This document shows, in pieces, positions 56,960-64,000 of a stretch of DNA of 64,000 bases (position 1 is its first letter; each line of letters opens with the position of its first letter). A program made the position numbers and the translations under genes. Under the pieces are notes generated by a model, which was given only the letters and a program-made list of their open reading frames with translations, was not told the origin of the DNA and did no database searches. Where the stretch lies: contig JBBCJC010000002.1 in the NCBI GenBank assembly GCA_037189525.1, positions 896,001 to 960,000 of the forward strand, read 5' to 3'. The DNA is from Gemmatimonadales bacterium (lineage in GTDB: Bacteria > Gemmatimonadota > Gemmatimonadetes > Gemmatimonadales > GWC2-71-9).

Positions 56960-59026
56960 ATGAAGCACACGGCCCGTATCCTGACCTGTGTCGTGCTGGC
57001 AGCCGCTGGAAGTCTCAGCGCGCAGGTCCGCCCGACCGATACGCTCTTTACCGTCGAACGGTATCTCGATTACGAAACGGTGGCGTCACCGCGCATCTCG
57101 CCGGATGGGAACTCGGTCGTGTATGCGCGGAGTACAGTCGATCGCCAGAAGGACAGCTGGGAGTCCACCCTCTGGATCATGAACATCGACGGCTCCAACC
57201 AGCGGTTCCTCGTCAAAGGCTCGAATCCGATCTGGTCGCCGGACGGCACCAGGATCGCATACGTTGCGCCGGGCGAGCCGGGTGGAGCGCAGATCTTCGT
57301 CCGATACATGGATGCCGAAGGGGCGACGACGCAGATCACGCATTTGTCCCAGTCGCCGTCGGATCTCAAGTGGTCTCCGGACGGCAAATCAATCGGGTTC
57401 GCGATGGTCGTGCCGAGCGGGCCGGAGTGGAATGTACGGCTGCCGTCGCCGCCGCCGGGCGCCACCTGGACCAAGGCGCCGCGGGTGGTCGACAAGCTGC
57501 ATTACCGGGCCGATCGGCGTGGCTGGCTGGTGGACGGCTATACCCATCTGTTCGTGGTGCCGGCCACCGGTGGAACCCCGCGTCAGATTACCAGCGGTAA
57601 CTGGAACGTCGGCGCTCGCGGGATCGGGATTCCGGGCGGCGTCGGCTGGGACTGGTTTCCCGATGGCCGCAGCATCGTGGTCGACGGCAACGACGATCCC
57701 GACGCCGAGCGGCAGCGGCAGGTGTCGAACCTGTACCGGATCGACCTCACCACGCTTGCCAAGCAGGCGCTGATCGAGACCCGCGGCAACTGGACCAGCC
57801 CCACCGTCTCGCCGCACGGGAAGACCATTGCCTATCTCGGCTTCCCGTTCACCCGGCAGACGTATCGGGTGGCCGATCTCTACACCGTGCCGGCGGCAGG
57901 TGGGCAGCCGACGCTGCGCTCGGGCGGATTCGACCGGACGCCGAGTCAGCTGGTCTGGGCGCCGGACAACTCCGGGCTCTACTTCGTCGCCGACGATCGC
58001 GGGACCTCGAACCTGCACTTTGCGCCGGCCAACGGTGGCGTGCGGCAACTCACCAACGGCACCCACATGCTGACGTCGCCGTCGATTGCGCGGCGCAATC
58101 AGGCCGTGGCGGTGCGCAGCCATTCGACCGCGCCGACCGATATCGTCCGAATCGATCTTAAGAAGCCGACCGATATCGTACAGCTCACTGACGTCAATGC
58201 CGACCTGCTGACGGGTACGCAGCTCGGAGAAGTCGAGGAGATCTGGTACGAGTCCGCGCCCGGCGTCAAAGTGCAGGGGTGGATCGTCAAGCCGCCGTTC
58301 TTCACACCCGATCGGAAGTGGCCGCTCATTTTCGAGATCCATGGCGGGCCGCACGGGATGTACAACGTCGCTTTCAATCCGATGTACCAGAATTTCGTCG
58401 CCAACGGATTCGTCGTCCTCTACACCAACCCGCGGGGCAGCACCGGATACGGCACGGATTTCGGCAATGCGATCGACAAGGCCTATCCCAGCGTCGATTA
58501 CGACGACCTGATTGCGGGGATCGACTCGTTGGTGGGCCGAGGCTATATCGATGAGAAGCGGATGTTCGTGGGCGGGTGCAGTGGCGGCGGGGTGCTCTCG
58601 AGTTGGGTGATCTCGCACACCGATCGGTTTGCCGCCGCCGCGGTGCGTTGTCCGGTCACCAACTGGATCAGCTTTGCGGGCACCAGTGACATTCCGTTGT
58701 TCGGATTCAACTGGTTCGAGAAGCCGTATTGGGAAGATCCGATGCCGTGGTTACAGCGGTCGACGCTCTATCATGTCGGCAAGGTCAAGACGCCCGTCAT
58801 GCTGATGACCGGCGAACTCGATCTTCGGACTCCGATGGCGCAGACGGATGAGTACTTCGCAGCGCTCAAGTATCGCGGCATTCCGACCACGATGGTCCGG
58901 TTCGAGGGCGAGTATCACGGCACCGGATCGAAACCATCGAACTGGATGCGGACGCAGATCTATATGATGGAGTGGTACAAGCGCTGGGGCGGCGCGACGC
59001 AGGCGCGGACCAGTCAGGAGCAGTAG
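56960..59026 (+). CDS. S9 family peptidase (secreted)
   Basis: WSPDG repeats, IHGGPH, NPRGSTGYG, GCSGGG, GELDLR, EYHG. Confidence 0.93.
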   Translation: MKHTARILTCVVLAAAGSLSAQVRPTDTLFTVERYLDYETVASPRISPDGNSVVYARSTVDRQKDSWESTLWIMNIDGSNQRFLVKGSNPIWSPDGTRIAYVAPGEPGGAQIFVRYMDAEGATTQITHLSQSPSDLKWSPDGKSIGFAMVVPSGPEWNVRLPSPPPGATWTKAPRVVDKLHYRADRRGWLVDGYTHLFVVPATGGTPRQITSGNWNVGARGIGIPGGVGWDWFPDGRSIVVDGNDDPDAERQRQVSNLYRIDLTTLAKQALIETRGNWTSPTVSPHGKTIAYLGFPFTRQTYRVADLYTVPAAGGQPTLRSGGFDRTPSQLVWAPDNSGLYFVADDRGTSNLHFAPANGGVRQLTNGTHMLTSPSIARRNQAVAVRSHSTAPTDIVRIDLKKPTDIVQLTDVNADLLTGTQLGEVEEIWYESAPGVKVQGWIVKPPFFTPDRKWPLIFEIHGGPHGMYNVAFNPMYQNFVANGFVVLYTNPRGSTGYGTDFGNAIDKAYPSVDYDDLIAGIDSLVGRGYIDEKRMFVGGCSGGGVLSSWVISHTDRFAAAAVRCPVTNWISFAGTSDIPLFGFNWFEKPYWEDPMPWLQRSTLYHVGKVKTPVMLMTGELDLRTPMAQTDEYFAALKYRGIPTTMVRFEGEYHGTGSKPSNWMRTQIYMMEWYKRWGGATQARTSQEQ

Positions 59027-59040
59027 GCAGGCAGTAGGCA

Positions 59041-59089
59041 AACAAAAGCGGGGGCGACCACGTGTCAGGTCGCCCCCGCTTTTGTTTTT
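59041..59089. terminator. Bidirectional Rho-independent terminator
   Basis: AACAAAAGCGGGGGCGACC...GGTCGCCCCCGCTTTTGTTTTT between convergent genes. Confidence 0.85.
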
Positions 59090-59094
59090 GAGAC

Positions 59095-60255
59095 TCAGCG
59101 AGCGAAGCGTTCCAGGTACTGCAGGTCGTCCTCGCTGTCGGTGCGCACCACGTAGATGGCACCCTTACCGAAGCCGACCAGCTGCCGGTCGCGGCTCATC
59201 GAGACCTTGCGGGCGAGTTTGCCGCTTCGGTCGAACACATCATAGGTGACTTCGGCCTGCCCGGCCGGCCCGGTGCGGCGGACCCAGACCTCTCCTTCGG
59301 GCGCCACCAGCACGGCTCCTTGGCCAACGAACGGAGGCTTGGTGGGCTCGAAGTCGTCGGGGCCGAGCGCCGGAGCCGCCGGCGGTCGCGCCGCGCCACG
59401 TCCTCCGCCGATTGCAATGATCGTGGGTACGGCCCGTTTCCGTCGTTCGTTTTCTTCGTCCCGGTCGGCGTCGGTCACCTTGAGGGGCGTGTATGTCTGG
59501 GTCGGACCCGCCACGCCCTTGGTCGATGCCGCAGGGTACCAGATGACCCGGTACGGAGAGGGAATCACCCGCGCGACCGAGCCGTCGGCCGCGACGCCCC
59601 AGACCTCGAGCGGCGCAAATGCCTTCCCGCCTCCCACCCTGACCTGGACGCTGCGATTGCCGGCGCCGCCGGACGACTGGACCGATGTCCTGGGCCCGAT
59701 GAACCAGGCCACCGTGTCGAAGTTTTCTTGCGTGGGCTTCCACCGGTGGATGGCCAGCGAGTCGGGGCTGGCGGCACTGGGGCCACCCAGATTGAACGGT
59801 GATGCTTGCAAATACACATTCCCGGCCGCATCGGCGGCCGTCCCGCGTCCGGCGAAGCTGATCCCACCCGACCCGCTACTCGGGAGGGTAATGGTGCGTC
59901 CAGGTTTGCCGGTGGCATCGATCGACAGGAACCGGCGACCCATCAGATCGTTGACCCAGGTTTCCCCGTTGGGCATCGCGATCAGTTCCGCGGGGACTGC
60001 ATACTCTCCGGGGCCCTGGCCCTCGCGGCCGACCTTGACCTGGGTGCCGGCGCTCAAGTCGAGCAACTGCACGACCTTATCGCGCGGGTCGGCAACGATC
60101 ACCTTGCCGTTCGGCAACTCGCGGATACTCGCGACCTGGGTGAACGGTTCCGGAAAAGTCGCGTCGGGCTTGGTCAGCTTGGTGACGGCTTGCGCCTGGA
60201 GCGCAGTGCCGGCCATCAGAAATGCCGATGACAGGACGAGGGCAGTTGGCTTCAC
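59095..60255 (-). CDS. Secreted hypothetical protein, probable beta-propeller
   Basis: Signal peptide; GREGQGPGEY, YDVFDRSG, LVGFG motifs. Confidence 0.75.
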   Translation of the reverse strand: MKPTALVLSSAFLMAGTALQAQAVTKLTKPDATFPEPFTQVASIRELPNGKVIVADPRDKVVQLLDLSAGTQVKVGREGQGPGEYAVPAELIAMPNGETWVNDLMGRRFLSIDATGKPGRTITLPSSGSGGISFAGRGTAADAAGNVYLQASPFNLGGPSAASPDSLAIHRWKPTQENFDTVAWFIGPRTSVQSSGGAGNRSVQVRVGGGKAFAPLEVWGVAADGSVARVIPSPYRVIWYPAASTKGVAGPTQTYTPLKVTDADRDEENERRKRAVPTIIAIGGGRGAARPPAAPALGPDDFEPTKPPFVGQGAVLVAPEGEVWVRRTGPAGQAEVTYDVFDRSGKLARKVSMSRDRQLVGFGKGAIYVVRTDSEDDLQYLERFAR

Positions 60256-60335
60256 GGCTCGATCCTCGAATGGTGGGAAGTCGTGCCGGGAATGATGCTC
60301 GGCCATTGCCAATGGTCGCACCACTAGCTTTGGGC

Positions 60336-61265
60336 ATGCCTCCAGCCTGGATTCAGCGCCTTTCCGAGCGCCCCGTCACCCGGTACGCGCCGAGCCCGAC
60401 TGGTCGGCTGCATCTGGGACATGTGGTCAATGCGGTCTGGGTCTACGGTATTGCCCAGGCAACGTCCGGGCGGGTCGTGCTCCGGATGGAAGACCACGAT
60501 CGGGGCCGCTGCCGTCCCGACTACGAGCGCGGGATCCTCGAGGATCTGGCCTGGCTGGGCCTCAGGGCCGATGGGGACTCGGAGAAGTCCTTGGCGGCAG
60601 GCGGGCCGTCGTCCTACCGGCAGAGCGACAACGAGACGCGCTATCGGGAGGCCGTCGAACGGCTCGAGGCGGCAGGTGCTCGACTGTACTGGTGCGACTG
60701 TTCCCGACGCGCGGTGCTCCAGGCGCTTGGTGAGGACGCTCCGGGCGCGGGTGAAGATTTGCGCTACCCGGGCACCTGTCGTGACAAGGGATTGGCCCCG
60801 GGGCCGGGGCGCGGTCTCCGCCTGGTCTTGCCGGAGGACGACGTCGCGTTCGAGGACCTCCGGCTCGGCGGGCTGATGCAAACGCCTGCGCGCCAGTGCG
60901 GTGATTTATTGTTGCGGGACGCGACCGGGAACTGGACCTATCAGTTCTGTGTTGTGGTCGATGATCTCGAACATGGCATCAACTTGGTCGTGCGCGGCGA
61001 AGATCTGCTTGGCTCGACCGGGCGACAGTTACTGCTTCGGCGCTTGCTGGGCAGTTCGAATGTCCTGCAGTTTCTGCACCATCCGCTCATCCTCGACGAG
61101 ACGGGGGCTAAGCTCAGCAAGCGGGACGGCGCGACGGGGATCGCCGAGCTGCGGGCGGCCGGCATCACGCCCGATGAGGTGCTGGGCCGCGCTGCGTACT
61201 GTTCGAGGCTCCTTTCCTCTCCCGGGTTCATCAGCGCCGGTACCCTGGGGAACTTGTTTGGCTGA
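60336..61265 (+). CDS. gluQ: Glutamyl-Q tRNA(Asp) synthetase
   Basis: RYAPSPTGRLHLGH, CDCSR..YPGTCR, VVRGEDL, KLSKR; lacks the anticodon-binding domain. Confidence 0.82.
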   Translation: MPPAWIQRLSERPVTRYAPSPTGRLHLGHVVNAVWVYGIAQATSGRVVLRMEDHDRGRCRPDYERGILEDLAWLGLRADGDSEKSLAAGGPSSYRQSDNETRYREAVERLEAAGARLYWCDCSRRAVLQALGEDAPGAGEDLRYPGTCRDKGLAPGPGRGLRLVLPEDDVAFEDLRLGGLMQTPARQCGDLLLRDATGNWTYQFCVVVDDLEHGINLVVRGEDLLGSTGRQLLLRRLLGSSNVLQFLHHPLILDETGAKLSKRDGATGIAELRAAGITPDEVLGRAAYCSRLLSSPGFISAGTLGNLFG

Positions 61266-61438
61266 CGCGGGGGAGACCGCTTCCGCAATGTGCCAACGAG
61301 CCGAGTTTAGGGGGGAGGTCAATTCGTGCTGCATGTGTTTAGGGAATGCTGGGTGGTCATCTATCGCGTGGTGCGCCGAGGGGCGAGCTAGGCAAATGCG
61401 AGGGTGGTGTGACCGCTGTTTCAGGCCGGCACATGCGA

Positions 61439-61473
61439 AAAGACCTCGGCGACCATTGGTCGCCGAGGTCTTT
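61439..61473 (-). terminator. Terminator hairpin downstream of the second SusD
   Basis: AAAGACCTCGGCGACCA-T-TGGTCGCCGAGGTCTTT. Confidence 0.8.
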
Positions 61474-61486
61474 CGGTAATGTGCGG

Positions 61487-62734
61487 CTAGTTGATGTTGG
61501 GGTTGTTGAGCCGCTCGTTGTCCGGAAGCGGAAAACATTTCTGATCCCGATACGTTCCGCCGCCGTCCTTGAAAGGAACACCGGGAGCGGGCGTAAGAGG
61601 CAGACCGTACTGCCGGACATCGCCCAGATGATGGCCTTCGAGGAAGAACGTGCGGCGGCGCTCCTCGACCAGTTGCGCTTGAATCGCCGCGGGGTCGGTG
61701 CTCGAGAAGTGCGGCAACCCGACTCGGTCATGCAGCTCGTTGATGATGTCCACGGCTGTCTGTCCTCCGGCCGCTTCCGCTACGATCAGACGCGCCTCCA
61801 CGCCGGTGGCGAGGGGAATCGACGCCGATGGCCCGTCGAACTTGTTCGTGATCCACAACGGCGTCACGCCGTCCGACGCCATGGCAACCGGCCCGGGCAC
61901 GACCTGCACCCTCGGGTCGGCGACACCGTCGAACGTGAGGTCGCGATAGGAGGGATCGATCACGAACAGTCGGCTGCGCTGCCCGTTGACCCAGACCGTG
62001 TTCTCCCGCCGCGGTACCTCGGTCGAATAGGTCGCCGTCTTCACGAAACCGATCGGTACACCTTGCGCATCCGTGGCAGCGGCGGCGGCATTGCCTTGAC
62101 GCAGGCGAGCGCGCGCCCGCCCGACGCGGGCCCAGTTGGTGAGATCGGCGTTACCCTGCGCGGCGGCGAGCGCTTTCGTGAATCGCGCCTCCGCTTCCTG
62201 AAACAGCTGCGCGGGCGTGACCTCGGGTCCCGTGTCGATCGCCGCCGAGCACATCGATTCGCCCAGGAGGAGCAGGCTGTACCCGGCGTAGTTCGCCACC
62301 GTGGCGATCAACGCCTGCCGGTTGGCGACCTCGGTGTCGCTCCATCCTTCGAGCAGTCTTGTGGTGTTGTCGCCCTGGAACCGCGCGGTCTGGAGCGGCT
62401 TGTAGACGCCCAGGCCCGTGCATGCGGCGGTGGAGTACAGTGACGCGCTCGGGTTGAAGTCACGCTTGTCGTATTCCTTCACGGCAATGCCCGTGCTGCC
62501 GATCTCCAGCTCGTTACCGACCAGGCCGGCGGCGACGATATAGCTGGCCAGCGCGCACTCGTAGTCGGCGCCCGTGCTGTTGACGAGAAGGGTGGCGTTG
62601 GACGGGTGATCGAGCTTGTCCGCCGCCACGCGCGACGGAGCGTCCACTTCGATCAGGGAGGTACAGGCGCTCGCGGTGAGCGTCAGCGTGGCGACGACGA
62701 TCGACATCCATCGGGTCGGCATGAGAGTCTCCAT
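61487..62734 (-). CDS. SusD/RagB-family lipoprotein
   Basis: Lipobox ASAC; RVGRARARL, EERRRTFFLEGH; start reset to METL. Confidence 0.9.
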   Translation of the reverse strand: METLMPTRWMSIVVATLTLTASACTSLIEVDAPSRVAADKLDHPSNATLLVNSTGADYECALASYIVAAGLVGNELEIGSTGIAVKEYDKRDFNPSASLYSTAACTGLGVYKPLQTARFQGDNTTRLLEGWSDTEVANRQALIATVANYAGYSLLLLGESMCSAAIDTGPEVTPAQLFQEAEARFTKALAAAQGNADLTNWARVGRARARLRQGNAAAAATDAQGVPIGFVKTATYSTEVPRRENTVWVNGQRSRLFVIDPSYRDLTFDGVADPRVQVVPGPVAMASDGVTPLWITNKFDGPSASIPLATGVEARLIVAEAAGGQTAVDIINELHDRVGLPHFSSTDPAAIQAQLVEERRRTFFLEGHHLGDVRQYGLPLTPAPGVPFKDGGGTYRDQKCFPLPDNERLNNPNIN

Positions 62735-62747
62735 GGTGTCCACGCGG

Positions 62748-64000
62748 TCAGAAGGACAGGTTGATGCGCAGCACGAACTGCCGCAGCTGCGGCACCTCGT
62801 TCTGCTCGAAGGGGGTGCCGCCGCCGGTCTCGGCGAAGGCGCCGTAACTCTCGGGGTCCAGTCCTTCGAACTTGGTCCAGGTGTGGAGATTACGACCCGA
62901 GAGTGAGACCGCCGCCCGATTGGCGCCGAACCGGCGCGCCATGGCATCCGGCAACTGGTAGCTCACCGACACCTCGCGCAGCTTGACGAAGCTCATGTCG
63001 CGCCACCACTCCGCGTCGTCGGTATAGCCGAGCACGGACGAGGCGGCCTTCACGGGATCGGCCCGCTCGGGGTAGATCTCCTCTTCGCATCCCAAGATGC
63101 CGGGACACCAGAGACTCGAGGTCCAGTTACGGTGGCCGCGCTTGAAGTCGAGCAGACCCGAGATGGCGAGCCGCTGCTTGATACGGATCGTCGACGATAC
63201 CGCTCCATCGATCTTGGGGTCGACCTGCCCGATGTACACGCGAGGAGCCGTACCGCACGGCACGCCCTGGCCGCCCGGAAGGCCTTCGGCGGTGCCGCCG
63301 TCGCACAGGATGTTGATCGGCACGCCGTTGGCATCGCGGTCCGCGCTGATGACCTTGCGGGCGAAGATCCCGTAGACGGGGAATCCCGCCTGGAAACGGT
63401 TGCCGTAGCCGAACGACAGAAACGGCGTTCCCGAGAGGCCGATGTCGAGGACCTCGTTCTTGTTGCGCGAGAGGTTGAGACCAACTTCCCAACCGAACGA
63501 ACGGGATTCGATGATCCGTCCGTCGAGCAGCAACTCGAAGCCGCGATTCTGCACGGTGCCCGCATTCACATACTGCTGTTGCGGGAAACCGGAGGACGGG
63601 GCCACGTCGCGGAGGAGAATGGCGTCCCGCGTCGTTTGCGCGTAGTAGGTGAAGTCGATGCCGACCCGCTGGTTGAAGAGGCTCGCGTCCAGACCGATTT
63701 CGATTTCGCGCGAGCGCTCCGGGCCGAGTTCGGGGTTGCCCACGAATTGTGGGGTAACCGCGGACTGTCCCGCCTGTCCGGTAATCGGCTGATAGGTGCG
63801 GAGTGCGGCGAAGCTCTGCGGCTGCTGGCCCGATTCACCCCAGGCGGCGCGGAGGCGGAAATTGTCGATCGCGCCGAGTTTCCAGAACGGTTCTTCGCTG
63901 AGCACCCAGGACGCGCTCACCTTGGGGTAGGTGACGAAATCGAACTCCTGTCCGAATGCGCTGTTGTCATCGCCGCGGATCGCGCCCGTCAGGAAGAATC
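62748..64000 (-). CDS. SusC/RagA TonB-dependent receptor, C-terminal part; runs off the window end
   Basis: RLRAAWG, GNPELGPERSREIE, FVKLREVS, GLDPE, terminal LSF. Confidence 0.92.
   Translation of the reverse strand, partial: FFLTGAIRGDDNSAFGQEFDFVTYPKVSASWVLSEEPFWKLGAIDNFRLRAAWGESGQQPQSFAALRTYQPITGQAGQSAVTPQFVGNPELGPERSREIEIGLDASLFNQRVGIDFTYYAQTTRDAILLRDVAPSSGFPQQQYVNAGTVQNRGFELLLDGRIIESRSFGWEVGLNLSRNKNEVLDIGLSGTPFLSFGYGNRFQAGFPVYGIFARKVISADRDANGVPINILCDGGTAEGLPGGQGVPCGTAPRVYIGQVDPKIDGAVSSTIRIKQRLAISGLLDFKRGHRNWTSSLWCPGILGCEEEIYPERADPVKAASSVLGYTDDAEWWRDMSFVKLREVSVSYQLPDAMARRFGANRAAVSLSGRNLHTWTKFEGLDPESYGAFAETGGGTPFEQNEVPQLRQFVLRINLSF

Overview
A gene-dense, GC-rich bacterial chromosome segment with about 52 CDS. 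I saw no rRNA, tRNA, CRISPR array, integrase or transposase. Non-Bacteroidota-style SusC/SusD pairs, a PadR plus duplicated ABC-permease pair, a Ser/Thr kinase and many secreted peptidases suggest Gemmatimonadota or a related lineage (inference). Housekeeping genes include tpl (partial), lon, pfk, an EF-G paralogue, udk, gluQ, a QueD-like synthase, a pterin carbinolamine dehydratase and a beta-carbonic anhydrase. The best candidates for something new are: (1) a PUL-like locus of orphan TctC, two-component system, SusC/SusD, CocE/NonD hydrolase and CitMHS transporter, which suggests uptake and hydrolysis of a citrate conjugate; (2) an HrpB-like DExH helicase whose motif Ia lies before the Walker A motif; (3) a XoxF-like PQQ protein with a rebuilt active site in an unusual envelope operon; (4) a 73-bp nested palindrome over the start of a Fic gene; (5) sigma54-type promoters upstream of lon and of a small secreted Arg/Asp-rich protein. 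All calls come from motif recognition by eye; no database searches were run.
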